From positions 101,122,001 to 101,186,000 of the forward strand of contig OZ024744.1 of assembly GCA_964016885.1 (NCBI GenBank): a stretch of DNA of 64,000 bases. The letters are read 5' to 3'. A program made the position numbers and the translations under genes. Positions 13,401 through 27,500 of this stretch are shown here, piece by piece; within the stretch, counting starts at the first letter, position 1, and the number at the start of each line of letters is the position of its first letter. The stretch comes from Eledone cirrhosa. Its lineage: Eukaryota. Below the pieces are notes generated by a model. That model was not told where the DNA came from. It searched no databases and was given only the letters and a program-made list of their open reading frames with translations.

Positions 13401-16400
13401 GGACAGGCACTATTATCAGCTCCCATTTGGTGTAAAGGTTAACACTAAAGTTATTGTATGTAGTTCCTAATTTGGACAGAGATAGTTGTCAGCTCCCATT
13501 TGGTGTAAAGGTTAACACTAAAGTTATTGTATATAGTTCCTATTTTGGACAGAGACTGTTGTCAGCTCCCATTTGGTGTAAAGGTTAACACTAAAGTTAT
13601 TGTATATAGTTCCTAATTTGGACAGGGATTGTTGTCAGCTCCCATATGGTGTAAAGGTTAACACTAAAGTTATTGTATATAGTTCCTAATTTGGACAGGG
13701 ACAGTTGTCAGCTCCCATTTTGTGTAAAGGTTAACACTAAAGTTATTGTATATAGTTCCTAATTTAGAGAGGGACTGTTGTCAGCTCCCATTTGGTGTAA
13801 AGGTTAACACTAAAGTTATCGTATATAGTTCCTAATTTGGACAGAGACTGTTGTCAGCTCCCATTTACTGTAAAGGTTAACTCTAAAGTTATTGTATATA
13901 GTTCCTAATTTGGACAGGGACTGTTGTCAACTCCCATTTGGTGTAAAGGTTAACACTAAAGTTATTGTATATAGTTACTAATTTGGACAGTGACAGTTGT
14001 CAGCTCCCATTTGGTGTAAAGGTTAACACTAAAGTTATTGTATATAGTTCCTAATTTGGACAGAGACTGTTGTCAGCTCCCATTTGGTGTAAAGGTTAAC
14101 ACTAAAGTTATTGTATATAGTTCCTAATTTGGACAGAGACTGTTGTCAGCTCCCATTTGGTGTAAAGGTTAACACTAAAGTTATTGTATATAGTTCCTAA
14201 TTTGGACAGAGACAGTTGTCAGCTCCCATTTGGTGTAAAGGTTAACACTAAAGTTATTGTATATAGTTCATAATTTGGACAGGGACTGTTGTCAGTTCCC
14301 ATTTGGTGTAAAGGTTAACACTAAAGTTATTGTATATAGTTCCTAATTTGCACAGAGACTGTTGTCAGCTCCCATTTGGTGTAAAGGTTAACACTAAAGT
14401 TATTGTATATAGTTCCTAATTTGGACAGAGACTGTTGTCAGCTCCCATTTGGTGTAAAGGTTAACACTAAAGTTATTGTATATAGTTCCTAATTTGGACA
14501 GAGACTGTTGTCAGCTCCCATTTGATGTAAAGGTTAACACTAAAGTTATTGTATATAGTTCCTAATTTCGAGAGGGACAGTTGTCAGTTCCCATTTGGTG
14601 TAAAGGTTAACACTAAAGTTATCGTATAAAGTTCCTAATTTGGACAGGGACTGTTGTCAGCTCCCATTTGGTGTAAAGGTTAACACTAAAGTTATTGTAT
14701 ATAGTTCCTAATTTGGACAGGGATTGTTGTCAGCTCCCATTTGGTGTAAAGGTTATCACTAAAGTTATTGTATATAGTTCCTAATTTCGACAGGGACAGT
14801 TGTCAGTTCCCATTTGGTGTAAAGGTTAACACTAAAGTTATTGTATATAGTTCATAATTTGGACAGGGACTGTTGTCAGCTCCCATTTGGTGTATAGGTT
14901 AACACTAAAGTTATTGTATATAGTTCCTAATTTGGACAGAGACTGTTGTCAGCTCCCATTTGGTGTAAAGGTTAACACTAAAGTTATTGTATATAGTTCC
15001 TAATTTGGACAGAGACTGTTGTCAGCTCCCATTTGGTGTAAAGGTTAACACTAAAGTTATTGTATATAGTTCCTAATTTGGACAGGGACTGTTGTCAGCT
15101 CCCAATTGGTGTAAAGGTTAACACTAAAGTTATTGTATATAGTTCCTAATTTGGACAGGGACTGTTGTCAGCTCCCATTTGGTGTAAAGGTTATCACTAA
15201 AGTTATTGTATATAGTTCCTAATTTCGACAGGGACAGTTGTCAGTTCCCATTTGGTGTAAAGGTTAACACTAAAGTTATTGTATATAGTTCCTAATTTGG
15301 ACAGGGACTGTTGTCAGCTCCCAATTGGTGTAAAGGTTAACACTAAAGTTATTGTATATAGTTCCTAATTTGGACAGGGACTGTTGTCAGCTCCCATTTG
15401 GTGTAAAGGTTATCACTAAAGTTATTGTATATAGTTCCTAATTTCGACAGGGACAGTTGTCAGTTCCCATTTGGTGTAAAGGTTAACACTAAAGTTATTG
15501 TATATAGTTCCTAATTTGGACAGCGACAGTTGTCAGTTCCCATTTGGTGTAAAGGTTAACACTAAAATTATTGTATATAGTTCCTAATTTGGACAGAGAC
15601 TGTTGTCAGCTCCCATTTGGTGTAAAGGTTAACACTAAAGTTATTGTATATAGTTCCTAATTTGGACAGGCACTATTATCAGCTCCCATTTGGTGTAAAG
15701 GTTAACACTAAAGTTATTGTATGTAGTTCCTAATTTGGACAGAGATAGTTGTCAGCTCCCATTTGGTGTAAAGGTTAACACTAAAGTTATTGTATATAGT
15801 TCCTAATTTGGACAAAGACTGTTGTCAGCTTCCATTTGGTGTAAAGGTTAACACTAAAGTTATTGTATATAGTTCCTAATTTGGACGGGGACAGTTCTCA
15901 GCTCCCATTTGGTGTAAAGGTTAACACTAAAGTTATTGTATATAGTTCCTAATTTGGACAGGGACAGTTCTCAGCTCCCATTTGGTATAAAGGTTAACAC
16001 TAAAGTTATTGTATATAGTTCCTAATTTGGACAGAGACAGTTGTCAGCTCCCATTTGGTGTAAAGGTTAACACTAAAGTTATTGTATATAGTTCCTAATT
16101 TGCACAGAGACTGTTGTCAGCTCCCATTTGGTGTAAAGGTTAACACTAAAGCTATTGTATATAGTTCCTAATTTGGACAGAGACTGTTATCAGCTCCCAT
16201 TTGGTGTAAAGGTTAACACTAAAGTTATTGTATATAGTTCCTAATTTCGACAGGGACAGTTGTCAGTTCCCATTTGGTGTAAAGGTTAACACTAAAGTTA
16301 TTGTACATAGTTCCTAATTTGGACAGGGACTGTTGTCAGCTCCCATTTGGTGTAAAGGTTATCACTAAAGTTATTGTGTATAGTTCCTAATTTGGACAGG

Positions 16401-19400
16401 GACAGTTGTCAACTCCCATTTGGTGTATAGGTTAACACTAAAGTTATTGTATATAGTTCCTAATTTGGACAGGCACTGTTGTCAGCTCCCATTTGGTGTA
16501 AAGGTTAACACTAAAGTTATTGTATATAGTTCCTAATTTGCACAGAGACTGTTGTCAGCTCCCATTTGGTGTAAAGGTTATCACTAAAGTTATTGTATAT
16601 AGTTCCTAATTTGGACAAAGACTGTTGTCAGCTCCCATCTGTTGTAAAGGTTAACACTAAAGTTAGTCTATATAGTTCCTAATTTGGACAGGGACTGTTG
16701 TCAGCTCCCATTTGGTGTAAAGGTTAACACTAAAGTTATTGTATATAGTTCCTAATTTGGACAGGGACTGTTGTCAGCTCCCATTTGGTGTAAAGGTTAA
16801 CATTAAAGTTATTGTATATAGTTCCTAATTTGGACAGAGACAGTTGTCAGCTCCCATTTGGTGTAAAGGTTAACACTAAAGTTATTGTATATAGTTCCTA
16901 ATTTGGACAGCGACAGTTGTCAGCTCCCATTTGGTGTAAAGGTTAACACTAAAATTATTGTATATAGTTCCTAATTTGGACAGAGACTGTTGTCAGCTCC
17001 CATTTGGTGTAAAGGTTAACACTAAAGTTATTGTATATAGTTCCTAATTTGGACAGGCACTATTATCAGCTCCCATTTGGTGTAAAGGTTAACACTAAAG
17101 TTATTGTATGTAGTTCCTAATTTGGACAGAGATAGTTGTCAGCTCCCATTTGGTGTAAAGGTTAACACTAAAGTTATTGTATATAGTTCCTATTTTGGAC
17201 AGAGACTGTTGTCAGCTCCCATTTGGTGTAAAGGTTAACACTAAAGTTATTGTATATAGTTCCTAATTTGGACAGGGATTGTTGTCAGCTCCCATATGGT
17301 GTAAAGGTTAACACTAAAGTTATTGTATATAGTTCCTAATTTGGACAGGGACAGTTGTCAGCTCCCATTTTGTGTAAAGGTTAACACTAAAGTTATTGTA
17401 TATAGTTCCTAATTTAGAGAGGGACTGTTGTCAGCTCCCATTTGGTGTAAAGGTTAACACTAAAGTTATCGTATATAGTTCCTAATTTGGACAGAGACTG
17501 TTGTCAGCTCCCATTTACTGTAAAGGTTAACTCTAAAGTTATTGTATATAGTTCCTAATTTGGACAGGGACTGTTGTCAACTCCCATTTGGTGTAAAGGT
17601 TAACACTAAAGTTATTGTATATAGTTACTAATTTGGACAGTGACAGTTGTCAGCTCCCATTTGGTGTAAAGGTTAACACTAAAGTTATTGTATATAGTTC
17701 CTAATTTGGACAGAGACTGTTGTCAGCTCCCATTTGGTGTAAAGGTTAACACTAAAGTTATTGTATATAGTTCCTAATTTGGACAGAGACTGTTGTCAGC
17801 TCCCATTTGGTGTAAAGGTTAACACTAAAGTTATTGTATATAGTTCCTAATTTGGACAGAGACAGTTGTCAGCTCCCATTTGGTGTAAAGGTTAACACTA
17901 AAGTTATTGTATATAGTTCATAATTTGGACAGGGACTGTTGTCAGTTCCCATTTGGTGTAAAGGTTAACACTAAAGTTATTGTATATAGTTCCTAATTTG
18001 CACAGAGACTGTTGTCAGCTCCCATTTGGTGTAAAGGTTAACACTAAAGTTATTGTATATAGTTCCTAATTTGGACAGAGACTGTTGTCAGCTCCCATTT
18101 GGTGTAAAGGTTAACACTAAAGTTATTGTATATAGTTCCTAATTTGGACAGAGACTGTTGTCAGCTCCCATTTGATGTAAAGGTTAACACTAAAGTTATT
18201 GTATATAGTTCCTAATTTCGAGAGGGACAGTTGTCAGTTCCCATTTGGTGTAAAGGTTAACACTAAAGTTATCGTATAAAGTTCCTAATTTGGACAGGGA
18301 CTGTTGTCAGCTCCCATTTGGTGTAAAGGTTAACACTAAAGTTATTGTATATAGTTCCTAATTTGGACAGGGATTGTTGTCAGCTCCCATTTGGTGTAAA
18401 GGTTATCACTAAAGTTATTGTATATAGTTCCTAATTTCGACAGGGACAGTTGTCAGTTCCCATTTGGTGTAAAGGTTAACACTAAAGTTATTGTATATAG
18501 TTCATAATTTGGACAGGGACTGTTGTCAGCTCCCATTTGGTGTATAGGTTAACACTAAAGTTATTGTATATAGTTCCTAATTTGGACAGAGACTGTTGTC
18601 AGCTCCCATTTGGTGTAAAGGTTAACACTAAAGTTATTGTATATAGTTCCTAATTTGGACAGAGACTGTTGTCAGCTCCCATTTGGTGTAAAGGTTAACA
18701 CTAAAGTTATTGTATATAGTTCCTAATTTGGACAGGGACTGTTGTCAGCTCCCAATTGGTGTAAAGGTTAACACTAAAGTTATTGTATATAGTTCCTAAT
18801 TTGGACAGGGACTGTTGTCAGCTCCCATTTGGTGTAAAGGTTATCACTAAAGTTATTGTATATAGTTCCTAATTTCGACAGGGACAGTTGTCAGTTCCCA
18901 TTTGGTGTAAAGGTTAACACTAAAGTTATTGTATATAGTTCCTAATTTGGACAGGGACTGTTGTCAGCTCCCAATTGGTGTAAAGGTTAACACTAAAGTT
19001 ATTGTATATAGTTCCTAATTTGGACAGCGACAGTTGTCAGTTCCCATTTGGTGTAAAGGTTAACACTAAAATTATTGTATATAGTTCCTAATTTGGACAG
19101 AGACTGTTGTCAGCTCCCATTTGGTGTAAAGGTTAACACTAAAGTTATTGTATATAGTTCCTAATTTGGACAGGCACTATTATCAGCTCCCATTTGGTGT
19201 AAAGGTTAACACTAAAGTTATTGTATGTAGTTCCTAATTTGGACAGAGATAGTTGTCAGCTCCCATTTGGTGTAAAGGTTAACACTAAAGTTATTGTATA
19301 TAGTTCCTAATTTGGACAAAGACTGTTGTCAGCTTCCATTTGGTGTAAAGGTTAACACTAAAGTTATTGTATATAGTTCCTAATTTGGACGGGGACAGTT

Positions 19401-19500
19401 CTCAGCTCCCATTTGGTGTAAAGGTTAACACTAAAGTTATTGTATATAGTTCCTAATTTGGACAGGGACAGTTCTCAGCTCCCATTTGGTATAAAGGTTA
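10440..19500. repeat. Three copies of a higher-order block, at offsets of 2,409 bp (33 monomers) and 3,650 bp (50 monomers)
   Basis: CCATCTGTTG at 10576/12985/16635 and ACTCTAAAG at 11471/13880/17530. The GTGACAG and GTATAAAG variants follow in the same order in each copy. Boundaries are approximate. Confidence 0.9.
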
Positions 19501-22500
19501 ACACTAAAGTTATTGTATATAGTTCCTAATTTGGACAGAGACTGTTGTCAACTCCCATTTGGTGTAAAGGTTAACACTAAAGTTATTGTATATAGTTCCT
19601 AATTTGGACAGAGACTGTTGTCAACTCCCATTTGGTGTAAAGGTTAACACTAAAGTTATTGTATATAGTTCCTAATTTGGACAGGGGTTGTTGTCAGCTC
19701 CCATTTTGTGTAAAGGTTAACACTAAAGTTATTGTATATAGTTCCTAATTTGGACAGGGACTGTTGTCAGCTCCCATTTGGTGTAAAGGTTAACACTAAA
19801 GTTATTGTATATAGTTCCTAATTTGGACAGGGACTGTTGTCAGCTCCCATTTGGTGTAAAGGTTATCACTAAAGTTATTGTATATAGTTCATAATTTGCA
19901 CAGAGACTGTTGTCAGCTCCCATTTGCTGTAAAGGCTAACACTAAAGTTATTGTATATAGTTCCTATTTTGGACAGGGACTGTTGTCAGCTCCCATTTGG
20001 TGTAAAGGTTAACCCTAAAGTTATTGTATATAGTTCCTAATTTGGACAGAGACTGTTGTCAGCTCCCATTTGGTGTAAAGGTTAACACTAAAGTTATTGT
20101 ATATAGTCCCTAATTTGGACAGAGACTGTTGTCAGCTCCCATTTGGTGTAAAGGTTAACACTAAAGTTATTGTATATAGTTCCTAATTTAGAGAGGGACT
20201 GTTGTCAGCTCCCATTTGGTGTAAAGGTTAACACTAAAGTTATTGTATATAGTCCCTAATTTGGACAGAGACTGTTGTCAGCTCCCATTTGGTGTAAAGG
20301 TTAACACTAAAGTTATTGTATATAGTTCCTAATTTAGAGAGGGACAGTTGTCAGCTCCCATTTGGTGTAAAGGTTAACACTAAAGTTATTGTATATAGTT
20401 CCTAATTTGGACAGAGACTGTTGTCAGCTCCCGTTTGGTGTAAAGGTTAACACTAAAGTTATTGTATATAGTTCCTAATTTGGACAGAGACTGTTGTCAG
20501 CTCCCGTTTGGTGTAAAGGTTAACACTAAAGTTATTGTATATAGTTCCTAATTTGGACAGAGACAGTTGTCAGCTCCCATTTGGTGTAAAGGTTAACACT
20601 AAAGTTATTGTATATAGTTCCTAATTTGGACAGAGACTGTTGTCAGCTCCCGTTTGGTGTAAAGGTTATCACTAAAGTTATTGTATAGTTCCTAATTTGG
20701 ACAGGGACTGTTGTCAGCTCCCATTTGGTGTAAAGGTTAACACTAAAGTTATTGTGTATAGTTCCTAATTTGGACAGAGACTGTTGTCAGCTCCCGTTTG
20801 GTGTAAAGGTTAATACTAAAGTTATTGTATATAGTTCCTAATTTGGACAGAGACAGTTGTCAGCTCCCATTTGGTGTAAAGGTTAACACTAAAGTTATTG
20901 TATATAGTTCCTAATTTGGACAGAGACTGTTGTCAGCTCCCGTTTGGTGTAAAGGTTAACACTAAAGTTATTGTATATAGTTCCTAATTTGGACAGAGAC
21001 AGTTGTCAGCTCCCATTTGGTGTAAAGGTTAACACTAAAGTTATTGTATATAGTTCCTAATTTGGACAGAGACTGTTGTCAGCTCCCGTTTGGTGTAAAG
21101 GTTAACACTAAAGTTATTGTATATAGTTCCTAATTTGGACAGAGACAGTTGTCAGCTCCCATTTGGTGTAAAGGTTAACACTAAAGTTATTGTATATAGT
21201 TACTAATTTGGACAGAGAGTGTTGTCAGCTCCCATTTGGTGTAAAGGTTAACACTAAAGTTATTATATATAGTTCCTAATTTGGACAGGCACTGTTGTCA
21301 GCTCCCATTTGGTGTAAAGTTTAACACTAAAGTTATTGTATATAGTTCCTAATTTGGACAGAGACTGTTGTCAGCTCCCATTTGGTGTAACGGTTAACAC
21401 TAAAGTTATTGTATATAGTTCCTAATTTGCACAGAGACAGTTGTCAGCTCCCATTTGGTGTAAAGGTTAACACTAAAGTTATTATATATAGTTCCTAATT
21501 TGGACAGGGACTGTTGTCGGCTCCCATTTGGTGTAAAGTTTAACACTAAAGTTATTGTATATAGTTCCTAATTTGGACAGGGACTGTTGTCAGCTCACAT
21601 TTGGTGTAAAGGTTAACACTAAAGTTATTGTATATAGTTCCTAATTTGGACAGAGACTGTTGTCAGCTTCCATTTGGTGTAAAGGTTAACACTAAAGTTA
21701 TTGTATATAGTTCCTAATTTGGACAGGGACTGTTGTCAGCTCACATTTGGTGTAAAGGTTAACACTAAAGTTATTGTATATAGTTCCTAATTTGGACAGA
21801 GACTGTTGTCAGCTTCCATTTGGTGTAAAGGTTAACACTAAAGTTATTGTATATAGTTCCTAATTTGGACAGGGACAGTTCTCAGCTCCCATTTGGTGTA
21901 AAGGTTAACACTAAAGTTATTGTATATAGTTCCTAATTTGGACAGGGAGAGTTCTCAGCTCCCATTTGGTATAAAGGTTAACACTAAAGTTATTGTATAT
22001 AGTTCCTAATTTGGACAGAGACTGTTGTCAACTCCCATTTGGTGTAAAGGTTAACACTAAAGTTATTGTATATAGTTCCTAATTTGGACAGAGACTGTTG
22101 TCAGCTCCCATTTGGTGTAAAGGTTAACACTAAAGTTATTGTATATAGTTCCTAATTTGAACAGGGGTTGTTGTCAGCTCCCATTTTGTGTAAAGGTTAA
22201 CACTAAAGTTATTGTATATAGTTCCTAATTTGGACAGGGACTGTTGTCAGCTCCCATTTGGTGTAAAGGTTAACACTAAAGTTATTGTATATAGTTCCTA
22301 ATTTGGACAGGGACTGTTGTCAGCTCCCATTTGGTGTAAAGGTTATCACTAAAGTTATTGTATATAGTTCATAATTTGCACAGAAACTGTTGTCAGCTCC
22401 CATTTGGTGTAAAGGTTAACCCTAAAGTTATTGTATATAGTTCCTAATTTGGACAGAGACTGTTGTCAGCTCCCATTTGGTGTAAAGGTTAACACTAAAG

Positions 22501-24559
22501 TTATTGTATATAGTCCCTAATTTGGACAGAGACTGTTGTCAGCTCCCATTTGGTGTAAAGGTTAACACTAAAGTTATTGTATATAGTTCCTAATTTAGAG
22601 AGGGACTGTTGTCAGCTCCCATTTGGTGTAAAGGTTAACACTAAAGTTATTGTATATAGTTCCTAATTTGGACAGAGACAGTTGTCAGCTCCCATTTGGT
22701 GTAAAGATTAACACTAAAGTTATTGTATATAGTTACTAATTTGGACAGGGAGTGTTGTCAGCTCCCATTTGGTGTAAAGGTTAACACTAAAGTTATTATA
22801 TATAGTTCCTAGTTTGGACAGGCACTGTTGTCAGCTCCCATTTGGTGTAAAGTTTAACACTAAAGTTATTGTATATAGTTCCTAATTTGGACAGAGACTG
22901 TTGTCAGCTCCCATTTGGTGTAAAGGTTAACACTAAAGTTATTATATATAGTTCCTAATTTGGACAGGCACTGTTGTCAGCTCCCATTTGGTGTAAAGTT
23001 TAACACTAAAGTTATTGTATATAGTTCCTAATTTGGACAGGGACTGTTGTCAGCTCACATTTGGTGTAAAGGTTAACACTAAAGTTATTGTATAGTTCCT
23101 ATTTTGGACAGAGACTGTTGTCAGCTCCCATTTGGTGTAAAGGTTAACACTAAAGTTATTGTATATAGTTCATAATTTGGACAGGGACTGTTGTCAGTTC
23201 CCATTTGGTGTAAAGGTTAACACTAAAGTTATTGTATATAGTTCCTAATTTGCACAGAGACTGTTGTCAGCTCCCATTTGGTGTAAAGGTTAACACTAAA
23301 GTTATTGTATATAGTTCCTAATTTGGACAGAGACTGTTGTCAGCTCCCATTTGGTGTAAAGGTTAACACTAAAGTTATTGTATATAGTTCCTAATTTGGA
23401 CAGAGACTGTTGTCAGCTCCCATTTGGTGTAAAGGTTAACACTAAAGTTATCGTATATAGTTCCTAATTTGGACAGAGACTGTTGTCAGCTCCCATTTAC
23501 TGTAAAGGTTAACACTAAAGTTATTGTATATAGTTCCTAATTTGGACAGAGACAGTTGTCAGCTCCCATTTGGTGTAAAGGTTAACACTAAAGTTATCGT
23601 ATATAGTTCCTAATTTGGACAGAGACTGTTGTCAGCTCTCGTTTGGTGTAAAGGTTAACACTAAAGTTATTGTATATAGTTCCTAATTTGGACAGAGACA
23701 GTTGTCAGCTCCCATGTGGTGTAAAGGTTAACACTAAAGTTATTGTATATAGTTCCTAATTTGGACAGGGACAGTTGTCAGCTCCCATTTGGTGTAAAGG
23801 TTAACACTAAAGTTATTGTATATAGTTACTAATTTGGACAGAGAGTGTTGTCAGCTCCCATTTGGTGTAAAGGTTAACACTAAAGTTATTATATATAGTT
23901 CCTAATTTGGACAGGCACTGTTGTCAGCTCCCATTTGGTGTAAAGTTTAACACTAAAGTTATTGTATATAGTTCCTAATTTGGACAGGGACAGTTGTCAA
24001 CTCCCATTTGGTGTAAAGGTTATCACTAAAATTATTATATATAGTTCATAATTTGGACAGGGACTGTTGTCAGTTCCCATTTGGTGTAAAGGTCAACACT
24101 AAAGTTATTATATATAGTTCATAATTTGGACAGGGACTGTTGTCAGTTCCCATTTGGTGTAAAGGTTAACACTAAAGTTATTGTATATAGTTCCTAATTT
24201 GCACAGAGACTGTTGTCAGGTCCCATTTGGTGTAAAGGTTAACACTAAAGTTATTGTATATAGTTCCTAATTTGCACAGAGACTGTTGTCAGGTCCCATT
24301 TGGTGTAAAGGTTAACACTAAAGTTATTGTATATAGTTCATAATTTGGACAGGGACTGTTGTCAGTTCCCATTTGGTGTAAAGGTTAACACTAAAGTTAT
24401 TGTATATAGTTCCTAATTTGGACAGAGACTGTTGTCAGCTCCCATTTGGTGTAAAGGTTAACACTAAAGTTATTGTATATAGTTCCTAATTTGGACAGAG
24501 ACTGTTGTCAGCTCCCATTTGGTGTAAAGGTTAACACTAAAGTTATTGTATATAGTTCC

Positions 24560-27500
24560 TAATTTAGACAGGGACTGTTGTCAGCTCACATTTGGTGTAA
24601 AGGTTAACACTAAAGTTATTGTATATAGTTCCTAATTTGGACAGAGACCGTTGTCAGCTCCCATTTGGTGTAAAGGTTAACACTAAAGTTATTGTATATA
24701 GTTCCTAATTTGGACAGAGACAGTTGTCAGCTCCCATTTGGTGTAAAGGTTAACACTAAAGTTATTGTATATAGTTCATAATTTGGACAGGGACTGTTGT
24801 CAGTTCCCATTTGGTGTAAAGGTTAACACTAAAGTTATTGTATATAGTTCCTAATTTGTACAGAGACTGTTGTCAGCTCCCATTTGGTGTAAAGGTTAAC
24901 ACTAAAGTTATTGTATATAGTTCCTAATTTGCACAGAGACTGTTGTCAGGTCCCATTTGGTGTAAAGGTTAACACTAAAGTTATTGTATATAGTTCCTAA
25001 TTTGGACAGAGACTGTTGTCAGCTCCCATTTGGTGTAAAGGTTAACACTAAAGTTATTGTATATAGTTCCTAATTTGGACAGAGACTGTTGTCAGCTCCC
25101 ATTTGATGTAAAGGTTAACACTAAAGTTATTGTATATAGTTCCTAATTTCGACAGGGACAGTTGTCAGTTCCCATTTGGTGTAAAGGTTAACACTAAAGT
25201 TATTGTATATAGTTCCTAATTTGGACAGGGACTGTTGTCAGCTCCCATTTGGTGTAAAGGTTAACACTAAAGTTATTGTATATAGTTCCTAATTTGGACA
25301 GGGATTGTTGTCAGCTCCCATTTGGTGTAAAGGTTATCACTAAAGTTATTGTATATAGTTCCTAATTTCGACAGGGACAGTTGTCAGTTCCCATTTGGTG
25401 TAAAGGTTAACACTAAAGTTATTGTATATAGTTCATAATTTGGACAGGGACTGTTGTCAGTTCCCATTTGGTGTAAAGGTTAACACTAAAGTTATTGTAT
25501 ATAGTTCCTAATTTGCACAGAGACTGTTGTCAGCTCCCATTTGGTGTAAAGGTTAACACTAAAGTTATTGTATATAGTTCCTAATTTGGACAGAGACTGT
25601 TGTCAGCTCCCATTTGGTGTAAAGGTTAACACTAAAGTTATTGTATATAGTTCCTAATTTGGACAGAGACTGTTGTCAGCTCCCATTTGATGTAAAGGTT
25701 AACACTAAAGTTATTGTATATAGTTCCTAATTTCGACAGGGACAGTTGTCAGTTCCCATTTGGTGTAAAGGTTAACACTAAAGTTATTGTATATAGTTCC
25801 TAATTTGGACAGGGACTGTTGTCAGCTCCCAATTGGTGTAAAGGTTAACACTAAAGTTATTGTATATAGTTCCTAATTTGGACAGGGACTGTTGTCAGCT
25901 CCCATTTGGTGTAAAGGTTATCACTAAAGTTATTGTATATAGTTCCTAATTTCGACAGGGACAGTTGTCAGTTCCCATTTGGTGTAAAGGTTAACACTAA
26001 AGTTATTGTATATAGTTCCTAATTTGGACAGCGACAGTTGTCAGTTCCCATTTGGTGTAAAGGTTAACACTAAAATTATTGTATATAGTTCCTAATTTGG
26101 ACAGAGACTGTTGTCAGCTCCCATTTGGTGTAAAGGTTAACACTAAAGTTATTGTATATAGTTCCTAATTTGGACAGGCACTATTATCAGCTCCCATTTG
26201 GTGTAAAGGTTAACACTAAAGTTATTGTATGTAGTTCCTAATTTGGACAGAGATAGTTGTCAGCTCCCATTTGGTGTAAAGGTTAACACTAAAGTTATTG
26301 TATATATATTTCCTAATTTGGACAAAGACTGTTGTCAGCTTCCATTTGGTGTAAAGGTTAACACTAAAGTTATTGTATATAGTTCATAATTTGGACAGGG
26401 ACAGTTCTCAGCTCCCATTTGGTGTAAAGTTTAACACTAAAGTTATTGTATATAGTTCCTAATTTGGACAGGGACAGTTCTCAGCTCCCATTTGGTATAA
26501 AGGTTAACACTAAAGTTATTGTAGATAGTTCCTAATTTGGACAGAGACTGTTGTCAACTCCCATTTGGTGTAAAGGTTAACACTAAAGTTATTGTATATA
26601 GTTCCTAATTTGGACAGAGACTGTTGTCAACTCCCATTTGGTGTAAAGGTTAACACTAAAGTTATTGTATATAGTTCCTAATTTGGACAGGGGTTGTTGT
26701 CAGCTCCCATTTTGTGTAAAGGTTAACACTAAAGTTATTGTATATAGTTCCTAATTTGGACAGGGACTGTTGTCAGCTCCCATTTGGTGTAAAGTTAACA
26801 CTAAAGTTATTGTATATAGTTCCTAATTTGGACAGGGACTGTTGTCAGCTCCCATTTGGTGTAAAGGTTATCACTAAAGTTATTGTATATAGTTCATAAT
26901 TTGCACAGAGACTGTTGTCAGCTCCCATTTGGTGTAAAGGTTAACCCTAAAGTTATTGTATATAGTTCCTAATTTGGACAGAGACTGTTGTCAGCTCCCA
27001 TTTGGTGTAAAGGTTAACACTAAAGTTATTGTATATAGTCCCTAATTTGGACAGAGACTGTTGTCAGCTCCCATTTGGTGTAAAGGTTAACACTAAAGTT
27101 ATTGTATATAGTTCCTAATTTAGAGAGGGACTGTTGTCAGCTCCCATTTGGTGTAAAGGTTAACACTAAAGTTATCGTATATAGTTCCTAATTTGGACAG
27201 AGACTGTTGTCAGCTCCCATTTGGTGTAAAGGCTAACACTAAAGTTATTGTATATAGTCCCTAATTTGGACAGGGACTGTTGTCAGCTCCCGTTTGGTGT
27301 AAAGGCTAACACTAAAGTTATTGTATATAGTTCCTAATTTGGACAGAGACTGTTGTCAGCTCCCATTTGGTGTAAAGGTTAACACTAAAGTTATTGTATA
27401 TAGTTCCTAATTTGGACAGAGACTGTTGTCAGCTCCCATTTGGTGTAAAGGTTAACACTAAAGTTATTGTATATAGTTCCTAATTTGGAGAGAGGCTGTT

